Shown here in pieces: positions 1 through 8,279 of a stretch of 64,000 bases of DNA. The DNA is from Armatimonadota bacterium (lineage in GTDB: Bacteria > Armatimonadota > UBA5829 > DTLH01), in the NCBI GenBank assembly GCA_038207085.1, contig JBBRAE010000013.1, positions 1 through 64,000 on the forward strand, read 5' to 3'. The first letter of the stretch is position 1. Every line of letters begins with the position of its first letter. The notes beneath the pieces are model-generated. The model saw only the letters and a list, made by a program, of their open reading frames with translations. It was not told the origin of the DNA and did no database searches. A program made the translations under genes and the position numbers.

Positions 1-46
1 GGTCTGGCCCGATAGTTCGCCTATCTCACCCAATGGAGCAATTGTT

Positions 47-1465
47 GTGACTTTCCCAATGCGGCGTATGATACCAGTATTCGCGGTGGTATTCGTCGGT
101 ATTCTGTTCTCACCCATGTGCCTGATAGGCGCGCCCCTGACTCTCACCGATGCGGTAACTACGGCTCTTGGAGGCAACTCCAGCCTCAAGCAAGCAGAGA
201 ACGATCGCCTGAACTCGCTATCATCCCTCAAAGTAGCCGGTTTTACCACAACCTACGGAGTCTCAAGTTTTACCAACCTCAAAAGCACACCAAGAGAGGA
301 AGGAACGGACGGACGCGTATCAGGAATGGCCGGTCAGCTATTTGGAAACCTTACATACCAAGGCTTCAGCGGAACCACGGTGATGCTTAACGTTGCGCCG
401 CTCGGCGTCGGAAGCGAGCAGGGTTCTCTCGCCCTCACACTGCGCCAGCCGCTCGCATCGGGCAAGGGACACCTCTCCGAGAAGTCCGACCGGCTCCTCT
501 CAGCACAGAGCGAACTCGATATTCAGAACAAAGGGCTCTACATCGTTCGGCAGTCGACCGTTGCCGGCGTCGTCGATGCCTACTGCAGAGCGCTCCTTGC
601 ACGAGAACAGGTGAAGGTGCAGGAGAGAGCCGTCAGCATCTCCGAAGACGCTGCCACTCGTGCACGGAAGCTCGCGGAAGCAGGCAAAGTCGCCGAAATT
701 GAGGTCACACGCGCCGAGATCAGAGTCGCACAAACCAGGGACCAGTTGAATCTGCAGCGTCAGGAAGCTCGCGCGAGCGTTGACAAGTTGATGCTTGCAA
801 TGGGGTCGGGCGTTGGAGACTCGCCGGACCTCTCAGAAAAGGTTCCTGACCCGCAGATCGATGTCCCCCCGCTTGCTGAGGCCGTTCAGACCGCGCTCGA
901 TCAGAGGCCGGAGCTTGCTGTGATGGATGAGCGTAAGATCACGCTGGAACGCAAATTGGCTATTGCGCGAGATTCGCTTAGGCCCAAGCTCGACGTTGTC
1001 GCAGGGTTTAACAGCACCGCTAGAGACTCGACAGTCATTTCTCAGTCGATCCTTGACCTCGGCTCACTGAACGCGGGACTTGAGCTCAAGTTTCCGCTTG
1101 ACAGACGAATTTCGATGGAAGATAAACAGAGCGCGGACCGAAGCGTCAGGCTCCTTGGCACCTTGCGTGACTATGAGATGGAAACCATCGCCGAACAAGT
1201 GCGAGAGGCTTATCGACGATACGAGTCGGCACAGTCCTCGGTTGGCATCTACGGTCAGAACCTCAAGGTCACGGAAGACAACCTTCGGCTCGCTCAACGG
1301 ATGCTCGAAGAAGGGCTCGACGACAACAGAAACGTCCTCGAAGCCCAGCAGGAGCTGACCCGTGTCCAGGGACAGCTCCTATCAACAAAAGTCGATTTGT
1401 TCCTGGCAAAAGTGAATCTCAGGCGCGCCATTGGCGACGACCTTACCAAGATGGGATGGAAATGA
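47..1465 (+). CDS. TolC family outer membrane efflux protein
   Basis: Signal peptide, two repeated helical OEP-like halves, first gene of a TolC-MFP-ABC operon; start could be a few codons downstream. Confidence 0.85.
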   Translation: MTFPMRRMIPVFAVVFVGILFSPMCLIGAPLTLTDAVTTALGGNSSLKQAENDRLNSLSSLKVAGFTTTYGVSSFTNLKSTPREEGTDGRVSGMAGQLFGNLTYQGFSGTTVMLNVAPLGVGSEQGSLALTLRQPLASGKGHLSEKSDRLLSAQSELDIQNKGLYIVRQSTVAGVVDAYCRALLAREQVKVQERAVSISEDAATRARKLAEAGKVAEIEVTRAEIRVAQTRDQLNLQRQEARASVDKLMLAMGSGVGDSPDLSEKVPDPQIDVPPLAEAVQTALDQRPELAVMDERKITLERKLAIARDSLRPKLDVVAGFNSTARDSTVISQSILDLGSLNAGLELKFPLDRRISMEDKQSADRSVRLLGTLRDYEMETIAEQVREAYRRYESAQSSVGIYGQNLKVTEDNLRLAQRMLEEGLDDNRNVLEAQQELTRVQGQLLSTKVDLFLAKVNLRRAIGDDLTKMGWK

Positions 1466-2868
1466 AAAAGCAGATCAAGATATGGGGAACTCGTAGTCTC
1501 TCGCTCGTCCTGCTCGTTGTGGCGATGCAGCACTGGGGAATGCCCCTCTACAAACAGTATTTTCAGCCCAAGAAGACAGTCGCTTATGTTCCCACGACCA
1601 CAGTTCGTGAGGGCAAGTTCACCGTGAGTTTTCACGAGATCGGCACGCTTGAAGCCGAGAACTCTGTTCCAGTGAACTCGGAGATCGAAGGCAAGATCAT
1701 TACACTTGTCGATGACGGCACAGTAGTCGGCGCGGGATCGCAGATCGTGGTACTCGACACTGAAAGCCTCCAGCGGGAAGTGATGAGCAAAAAACTCGGT
1801 TACGAGAACACAATTGCCGACGTGAACCGCGCTAAAGCCGAGCTTGAAATCCTCAAAGAATCCAACAGGACCGAAGTCGAGCAAAGTGAAGCCCAGCTTG
1901 GATTCGAGCAGACTGAGCTCGATCGAGCTAAGAAGGCGCTCGAGCGCGAAACGAGACTTGCTGAAGACAAACTCGTGCCAAAAAGCGAAGTGGAAAAGGC
2001 GGAGTTCGATGTGCGCTCCAATGAACTCTCTGTTCTTAAAGACACCAAGGCGCTTACTCTAAAGAAGAAGGAAGTGCAGTCAAAAGAAGAGCAGAAGGTG
2101 GCAGATGTGCGTAACGTGGAGTTCCGTGCCAGTATGGCGAAGATGGAACTCGACCGCTGCCAGGGGCAACTGTCAATGGGGGTCGTCACTGCACCGACCA
2201 CCGGTCTTGTAGTCATCTCAAAGACGTGGTCCGCCGATGGCCGTCGCAAGCTTCAGGAAGGGGATCAGGTCCACCCACAGCAGATGATCTGCTCACTTCC
2301 TGATCTATCGAGCATGCAGGTTAAGATCAACGTAGGCGAGGCTGATGCGCCCAAGGTGAAGATCGGCGTCCCTGTGCTGATCAAGCTCGAAGCGGTGCCA
2401 AAGAAGGTCTTTCACGGCACGGTTGATGACGTTTCCACCCTTGCAACGGAGCCATCACCCTGGGAAAGTGGCTCAACCCCCGGACGCAAAAACTTCGAGG
2501 TCACTGTCGCTGTCAAAGAGGTCGACTCCAAGACTCTGAAGCCTGGAATGACGGCCGATGTCGAGTTTCTCTGCGAGCAGATCAAAAAGTCGGTATACGT
2601 GCCGCTTGAGGCTGTTCAGGAACGAAACAGCAAGACATTTGTGTTCGTCAAGAATGGCCAGAAGTATAGCCAGGTAGCCGTAAAGACCGGCAAGAAGAAT
2701 GACAACTTCATCTGCATCACAAAAGGCCTGAAGAAGGGCCATGTCATAACTCTTCGAGACCCTAGCCGACCGACGGAGGATGGCACGTCTGATTCCAACG
2801 ATGGTCAGGAAGACAAGAAGGCGGATAAGCCCGCCCTCCCGATGCCAAAGTCAGCAGGCAAGAAGTAA
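1462..2868 (+). CDS. Efflux periplasmic adaptor (membrane fusion protein, MacA/HlyD-like)
   Basis: N-terminal anchor, lipoyl-like halves around a long coiled coil, LKPGMTADV motif; overlaps tolC stop. Confidence 0.88.
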   Translation: MKKQIKIWGTRSLSLVLLVVAMQHWGMPLYKQYFQPKKTVAYVPTTTVREGKFTVSFHEIGTLEAENSVPVNSEIEGKIITLVDDGTVVGAGSQIVVLDTESLQREVMSKKLGYENTIADVNRAKAELEILKESNRTEVEQSEAQLGFEQTELDRAKKALERETRLAEDKLVPKSEVEKAEFDVRSNELSVLKDTKALTLKKKEVQSKEEQKVADVRNVEFRASMAKMELDRCQGQLSMGVVTAPTTGLVVISKTWSADGRRKLQEGDQVHPQQMICSLPDLSSMQVKINVGEADAPKVKIGVPVLIKLEAVPKKVFHGTVDDVSTLATEPSPWESGSTPGRKNFEVTVAVKEVDSKTLKPGMTADVEFLCEQIKKSVYVPLEAVQERNSKTFVFVKNGQKYSQVAVKTGKKNDNFICITKGLKKGHVITLRDPSRPTEDGTSDSNDGQEDKKADKPALPMPKSAGKK

Positions 2869-2869
2869 A

Positions 2870-4174
2870 ATGGGAATCTTCGACGCAATTAGGACGGGAC
2901 TGTCCGAAGTCCTCTCTCACAAGATGCGCTCCATGCTCACTATGCTTGGCGTCATCTTCGGAGTCGCGGCTGTCATCGCGATGGTCTCAATCGGAGAAGG
3001 CGCGAAGCAGGAAGCGCTGGATCAGATCAAGAAGATGGGCATCGATGTCGTGCACGTCAAGCGCGCTGTAGTGGCAGGGGAGCTTCTTGAAAAGAGCCAG
3101 GACCGGTCGCCGAACGGTCTCAAGTTCTCCGATGCTGACGGAATTTCCGAGGTGTGTGACTTCGCGAGACAGATCGTGCCGGTGCGTGAGGTGTTTGCAG
3201 ACGTCAGAATTGGTGAGACGCCGATCTCGGTCAAGGTAGTAGGAACAACCCCTGGGTACGCCGATGTGACGCGAACCGTCACCGAACTCGGTAGATTTCT
3301 ACGCACAAGCGATGTCACCGAGCACAATGCTGTGTGCGTTCTGGGAGCTGCGGCTAAGCGGGAGCTTTTCGGGTTTGACGAAGCGATCGGCAAGAGCGTG
3401 AAGATAGGACGCAGGCTGTTTCGGGTCGTCGGAGTCCTTGAGCCCAAAGAGTTAGGCTCGGCCAAAGCGTTTTCTGCGCTTAGAGATCTAAACTCAGACA
3501 TATACATCCCGGTAACGGTATCGATCAGCGATTTCCAGATATACTCGCAGCAGGCAGTCCCGGCCACAATGCGATCCGTCATTGAGATGCGACAGCGAAT
3601 GCTCACCCGACGCAGTATCGGCAACAGCCCAATCACCGAGATCATCGTCCAGGTTGAAAGCGCAGATGCAGCCGTACCGACGGCGTCCATTGTCAAGTCG
3701 GTCCTAAAGCGCCTGCACAACAACATCAAAGACTACGAAATAGTGATCCCGGTCGAGTTGCTGCGTCAAAGCCAGCAGACCCAGCAGATATTCAACATCG
3801 TCATGGCCGCGATTGCGAGCATTTCGCTTCTGGTCGGCGGCATCGGCATTATGAACATTATGCTTGCGACGGTTTCGCACAGAACCCGGGAGATCGGCAT
3901 CAGGCGCTGCATCGGCGCGACCAGATGGGATATTGTGCGCCAGTTTATGATCGAGGCGCTTGTTATCACCTGCACGGGAGGCTTGACTGGAGTCGCGATT
4001 GGAATCGGAGGCGCTCGCTTGATCTCTGACTTTGCACACTGGCGGACGGTGGTTTCAATGCAGGCAGTGATCGTCTCCTTTGGAGTCTCCGGTCTTGTCG
4101 GAGTCGTATTCGGAATCTACCCCGCGGTTCGGGCGGCGATGATCGACCCTATCGAAGCACTGAGGTATTCATAG
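2870..4174 (+). CDS. MacB/FtsX-like ABC transporter permease
   Basis: RSMLTMLGVIFGVAAVI and SLLVGGIGIMNIML..V..RTREIGIRR motifs, DPIEALRY end; ATG 2870 follows the MFP stop. Confidence 0.92.
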   Translation: MGIFDAIRTGLSEVLSHKMRSMLTMLGVIFGVAAVIAMVSIGEGAKQEALDQIKKMGIDVVHVKRAVVAGELLEKSQDRSPNGLKFSDADGISEVCDFARQIVPVREVFADVRIGETPISVKVVGTTPGYADVTRTVTELGRFLRTSDVTEHNAVCVLGAAAKRELFGFDEAIGKSVKIGRRLFRVVGVLEPKELGSAKAFSALRDLNSDIYIPVTVSISDFQIYSQQAVPATMRSVIEMRQRMLTRRSIGNSPITEIIVQVESADAAVPTASIVKSVLKRLHNNIKDYEIVIPVELLRQSQQTQQIFNIVMAAIASISLLVGGIGIMNIMLATVSHRTREIGIRRCIGATRWDIVRQFMIEALVITCTGGLTGVAIGIGGARLISDFAHWRTVVSMQAVIVSFGVSGLVGVVFGIYPAVRAAMIDPIEALRYS

Positions 4175-4882
4175 ATGGCTCTGATTGAGATCAATGATCT
4201 TACAAAGACCTACAAGATCGGAAGCGTCGAGGTTCGTGCGCTTCGTGAGGTCACTTTCAACATAGAGCAAGGCGAGTTCGTCGCAATAATGGGGCCTTCC
4301 GGGTCTGGTAAGTCGACGCTCATGAACCTGCTTGGCTGCCTGGACAGGCCGACCTCTGGGACATATATGTTAGACAGCGTGAACGTCGGACGACTGAGAG
4401 ACGCGGCGCTCGCATATATTCGAAACATCAAGCTTGGGTTCGTCTTTCAGAGCTTCAACCTGCTGCCGGGGCTCTCCGCGCAGCGCAACGTTATGCTGCC
4501 GATGCTCTACGCCGACCGTAAGAAAGACAACAAACGCGCGAGGGTCCTGCTTGAGTCAGTAGGCCTCGGCGGGCGGACTCACCACACACCGATGCAGCTA
4601 TCTGGTGGCGAGCAACAGCGGGTAGCGATCGCGAGGTCGCTCATCAACGACCCGCCTCTCATACTTGGAGATGAGCCGACCGGAAACCTCGACACCACGA
4701 CGAGTATTGAGATCATGGCGACCTTCCAACGATTGAACGATGAGGGCAAGACCGTCATCATCGTTACCCATGAGCAGGACATCGCGATGCACGCCAAGCG
4801 CATTCTCCGATTCCGTGACGGTCAGCTGGAATCCGACGAAGCGGTCACAGAGCGACTGATCATAGAACAGAAGACGGTTTAG
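4175..4882 (+). CDS. ABC transporter ATP-binding protein (MacB/LolD-like)
   Basis: Walker A GPSGSGKST, LSGGEQQR signature, Walker B/D-loop ILGDEPTGNLD, VTH switch. Confidence 0.95.
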   Translation: MALIEINDLTKTYKIGSVEVRALREVTFNIEQGEFVAIMGPSGSGKSTLMNLLGCLDRPTSGTYMLDSVNVGRLRDAALAYIRNIKLGFVFQSFNLLPGLSAQRNVMLPMLYADRKKDNKRARVLLESVGLGGRTHHTPMQLSGGEQQRVAIARSLINDPPLILGDEPTGNLDTTTSIEIMATFQRLNDEGKTVIIVTHEQDIAMHAKRILRFRDGQLESDEAVTERLIIEQKTV

Positions 4883-5130
4883 TCTTCCGTGCTCTCTGTC
4901 GAGATCGGCCGTCCAAGCTGTTCAAGGCACTCGGGGGCAAACTTGCACCATGCTGCACAAGCCATGTCGTTTTGCGGGTTCACCATGTACTCCCCGCAAC
5001 TCGGGCATTTGCGCCGAAGGTCGTCTTTGAAGAACTCCACCGGTTTGCCGCAATGCATGCACGGCAACTCGAATATATCCTCCGGCTTCCAATACCGAAG
5101 ATCCTGTCCAGGGCAATTGCTATTGTTCAT
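4879..5130 (-). CDS. Small Cys-rich (zinc-ribbon/Fe-S-like) hypothetical protein
   Basis: CPGQD..WKPEDIFE.PCxxCG..VEFFKDD..RKCxxCG..NP..D..CA.WC...C; GGAGG/GAGG SD upstream; divergent from the acs cluster. Confidence 0.7.
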   Translation of the reverse strand: MNNSNCPGQDLRYWKPEDIFELPCMHCGKPVEFFKDDLRRKCPSCGEYMVNPQNDMACAAWCKFAPECLEQLGRPISTESTED

Positions 5131-5190
5131 AGTCCTCATCCTCCCCACTCTGATATTGTACAACATGCTCAGCAGTTAAACATGGAAGTG

Positions 5191-5334
5191 GCTAGTCGTC
5201 AGTCGCTAGTGGGTCAATTGCCATGCATTACGCCATTCGGGATTCGGAAATCCCGTCTTAGCTTTGGGGTGGCGATTCGGAAATCGCCACCCAACAACAA
5301 GTGACCCACTAGCGACTAGCGACTGACGACTAGC
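5191..5334. repeat. MITE/REP-like palindromic element, family A, with heptamer-repeat inverted ends
   Basis: ~26 bp terminal inverted repeat (gctagtcgtcagtcgctagtgggtca); core 5208-5295 recurs inverted at 58360-58471. Confidence 0.85.
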
Positions 5335-5475
5335 TACTCTCCTTGGTAATCCCGTGCTCTTTGTGTAAAGTCGTTGCAAAGTGCACGAAAAGCATTGCAT
5401 GGGCCCCCATGCGTGGTGTAGTGTAGTATTGCAAGAAGGTGGGATTCGCCTGCTTGATGGATTGGAAGGACTGCA

Positions 5476-6270
5476 ATGGCAATCAAGTTAGCGGTTTCTG
5501 GAAAAGGTGGAGTCGGTAAGTCGACGCTCGCGGGGACGCTTGCGCTGCTCTTTGCGGCGGACGGCAACCGTGTGCTCGCGGTAGACGCTGACCCCGATGC
5601 AAACCTGGCATCGGCGCTTGGCATGCCTGAAGATCTCAAATCATCCGTTCGGACAATAGCCCAGGAGAGACAGCTTATCGAGGAACGAACCGGCGCTAAA
5701 GCCGGACAGTTCGGCCAGATATTCTCCATCAACCCCGATGTCTCTGGGATCGCAGAGCAGTATGGAGTGCGGCACCAGGGGGTCGACCTCTTGGTGCTGG
5801 GAGCCGCCCAGCAGGCTGGCGCAGGATGCGCATGTCCTGAGTCGGTGCTGTTGAAGTCGCTTGTTATGGACCTTGTGCTCGGACGCGGTGACGTGCTCGT
5901 GCTTGATATGGAAGCCGGAATCGAGCACCTTGGACGAGGGACAGCCACGGGCGTCGACCTGATGATCGCAGTCGTCGAGCCTGGTCAGCGAAGCTTAGAA
6001 ACAGCCGAGCGCGTGCGAGATATGGCGCGGGGCATCGGCATCAAGCGCATTGCCGTGGTGCTGAACAAATCGATCGATCCCGTAGAAGACCGTGCGTGGC
6101 TTGAGTCGAGCTTTGGATCTGACTCGGTGATTGGGGTGATCCCCTACGACACCAGGGTGATCGCCGCCGACCGCAAATGCTTGTCAATCCTGGATATGGG
6201 TGACGAAGCCCTGCTTTCTCCGTATAGAAAGATATACGAGACTATAAGAGACAACTATCAGAAGTCGTAA
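5476..6270 (+). CDS. cooC: CooC-type nickel-insertion ATPase (CODH maturation)
   Basis: GKGGVGKS, DADPDANL, GCAC Ni-binding motif, DMEAGIEHLGRG. Confidence 0.9.
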   Translation: MAIKLAVSGKGGVGKSTLAGTLALLFAADGNRVLAVDADPDANLASALGMPEDLKSSVRTIAQERQLIEERTGAKAGQFGQIFSINPDVSGIAEQYGVRHQGVDLLVLGAAQQAGAGCACPESVLLKSLVMDLVLGRGDVLVLDMEAGIEHLGRGTATGVDLMIAVVEPGQRSLETAERVRDMARGIGIKRIAVVLNKSIDPVEDRAWLESSFGSDSVIGVIPYDTRVIAADRKCLSILDMGDEALLSPYRKIYETIRDNYQKS

Positions 6271-6321
6271 CACAAGCTTTATCGAATTTACTAATTTATC
6301 GCAAGCGAGGTATCTTTAGAG

Positions 6322-7371
6322 ATGAGTTTCGAGCCCAAATGTATGGCAACAGCCATCGGCAGCCTTCCTCACAGCAATGCTGAGGACGCAATCACGGTAA
6401 TTCTTGCTAGTATCCCCGACGCACCCATCTGGCCGCAGCTTCCTTCAACAGGGATGAACGAGCAGATGGAGGTGCAGTACTCCGAGAACCTTCCCGATGT
6501 CGTCATCGACCGCGAGAAGGAGAGAATGTACATCGACACCACCGACGAGACCTTCGCGGGCATCAGCACCTTCATGGAGAAGTTCGCGATGGACGAGGTG
6601 GACTATTTCGCCATCTCCCCCGAGTTCTCAAAGGGCATCTACGCGATGGAGGCCGCTCTCCAGGCAGCAGGGGCAAGCCGCCCGTTTGTCAAAGTCCAGA
6701 CCACCGGGCCGATCAGCTTCGGTCTGACAATCGTCGACGAGAACAAACGCGCAATCTACTACAACGATATGTTCCGCGATGCGGTCGTCAAAGGCCTCAC
6801 AATGAAGTGCCGCTGGCAGATCCGCAGGTTCAAGTCTTTTGCTGACAACGTGATCTGCTTCATCGACGAGCCGATTCTCTCGGCGTTTGGAAGCTCCACC
6901 TATGTGAGCGTCAACCGTGAGGACGTTGTGTCGATCCTAAGTGAAGTGATCGAAGCGATCCACGCTGAAGGCGCAGTCGCCGGTATCCACTGCTGTGGCA
7001 ACACCGAGTGGTCGATCCTCGTAGACGCGGGCGTTGACATCGTCAACTTCGACGCGTTCGACTACGGCGACACCATCGCACTCTACCCCGAAGCTATGAA
7101 GCGCCACCTTGAGGCTGGTAAGTATCTGGCCTGGGGCGTCATTCCCACAAGCAGCGAGAAGATCCAGAGCCAGACCGTCGAGAGCCTCGTCGCGAAGTTC
7201 GATGCGGGCGTCGACAACCTCGCCAAAGCGACTGGGCTTGACAGAGATATGATCATCAAGCAGGCCTTTATCACCCCGTCCTGCGGCACGGGCTCACTCC
7301 CCGTCGCTGACGCTGAACTCGTCTTCAGCATGCTCGGACAGGTCAGCAAGGCTCTTAGAGAAAGGCAGTAA
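6322..7371 (+). CDS. Core (folate-independent, MetE C-terminal-like) methionine synthase, MesB-like
   Basis: TAIGSLPH, WPQLP, KVQTTGPISF, FIDEP, Zn ligands IHCC and TPSCG; ~350 aa single TIM barrel of the URO-D/MetE superfamily. Confidence 0.72.
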   Translation: MSFEPKCMATAIGSLPHSNAEDAITVILASIPDAPIWPQLPSTGMNEQMEVQYSENLPDVVIDREKERMYIDTTDETFAGISTFMEKFAMDEVDYFAISPEFSKGIYAMEAALQAAGASRPFVKVQTTGPISFGLTIVDENKRAIYYNDMFRDAVVKGLTMKCRWQIRRFKSFADNVICFIDEPILSAFGSSTYVSVNREDVVSILSEVIEAIHAEGAVAGIHCCGNTEWSILVDAGVDIVNFDAFDYGDTIALYPEAMKRHLEAGKYLAWGVIPTSSEKIQSQTVESLVAKFDAGVDNLAKATGLDRDMIIKQAFITPSCGTGSLPVADAELVFSMLGQVSKALRERQ

Positions 7372-7460
7372 TTAGCCATTAACTGTTAGCCGTTAGCAAC
7401 CAGAACTGTGGTAACCACCAATCTGCCTGCTAATGGCTAACAGCTAACCGCTAACAGCTC
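7372..7460. repeat. Inverted heptamer-repeat hairpin (ttagcNN / gctaaNN)
   Basis: ttagcca-ttaactg-ttagccg-ttagcaa ... gctaatg-gctaaca-gctaacc-gctaaca; related to 13899-13988. Confidence 0.75.
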
Positions 7461-7463
7461 AAA

Positions 7464-8228
7464 ATGAGTTTTACAATCGCAGTTACAGGTAAAGGCGGCG
7501 TTGGGAAGACCACTCTTTCTTCGCTTATCGTGCAGTATTTGGTCGCAAACGGGCGAACTCCGGTGCTGGCGGTCGACGCAGATTCCAATGCAAATCTTCA
7601 CGAAGCGCTTGGGGTCGAGTTCAGCGAAAGCGTCGGAGCGATCCGCGAGGACGCGAAGAGCAAAGTGGCTGAGATGTCGGGGATGGGCAAGCAGGAGTTT
7701 CTGGATATGAGAGTCCAGGAAGCGCTTGTCGAGCAGAACGGCTACGATATGATCGTTATGGGACGCCCGGAAGGGCCAGGCTGCTACTGCTATGCTAACA
7801 ACGTGCTCCGCGATGTGATCCAGAAGCTTTCGCAGAACTACAAGTATCTTGTGGTCGACACCGAGGCTGGAATCGAGCACGTTTCGCGGCGCACGCTGAT
7901 CAAGATCGACCTGCTCTGCGTGGTTTCTGACTGCTCAGTGCGCGGAGTTCGCACTGCAAAGCGAATCGCCGACCTCGCCGACGAGATGGGAACGCCTGTC
8001 ACCCGCCGCGGACTGATTGTGAACCGCGTGCCGGGAGGCGTCCTCCCTGAAGGCGTCAAAACCGAGGCCGAGTCTACAGGGCTGCCGCTTCTCGCAGTCA
8101 TCCCGATGGACGAAAACGTTGCTGCGATGGACGCGGGCGGTATGGCGATCGGTGATATCCCTGCTGATTCGCCGACCAGACTTTCTCTCAAAGCGCTCCT
8201 CGATGAGGCGCTCACGGCGGCTGTGTAA
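7464..8228 (+). CDS. CooC/AcsF-type nickel-insertion ATPase (ACS maturation)
   Basis: GKGGVGKT, MGRPEGPGCYC motif, DTEAGIEH. Confidence 0.9.
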   Translation: MSFTIAVTGKGGVGKTTLSSLIVQYLVANGRTPVLAVDADSNANLHEALGVEFSESVGAIREDAKSKVAEMSGMGKQEFLDMRVQEALVEQNGYDMIVMGRPEGPGCYCYANNVLRDVIQKLSQNYKYLVVDTEAGIEHVSRRTLIKIDLLCVVSDCSVRGVRTAKRIADLADEMGTPVTRRGLIVNRVPGGVLPEGVKTEAESTGLPLLAVIPMDENVAAMDAGGMAIGDIPADSPTRLSLKALLDEALTAAV

Positions 8229-8279
8229 CACATTTACCAATTTGCACTTTGTATTTCCCTAACAAGGAGTTCTTTGCCA

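Noticed and set aside
4972..5400. ORFs 4972-5304 and 5206-5400 (and 58174-58473) sharing WRFPNRHPKAKTGFPN-type sequence
   Set aside because: The similarity comes from translating repeat element A, not from a protein family
5341..5475. Rex/CooA operator or cobalamin/SAM riboswitch upstream of the acs cluster
   Set aside because: Only partial TTGTG-like half sites; no convincing palindrome or riboswitch core visible by eye
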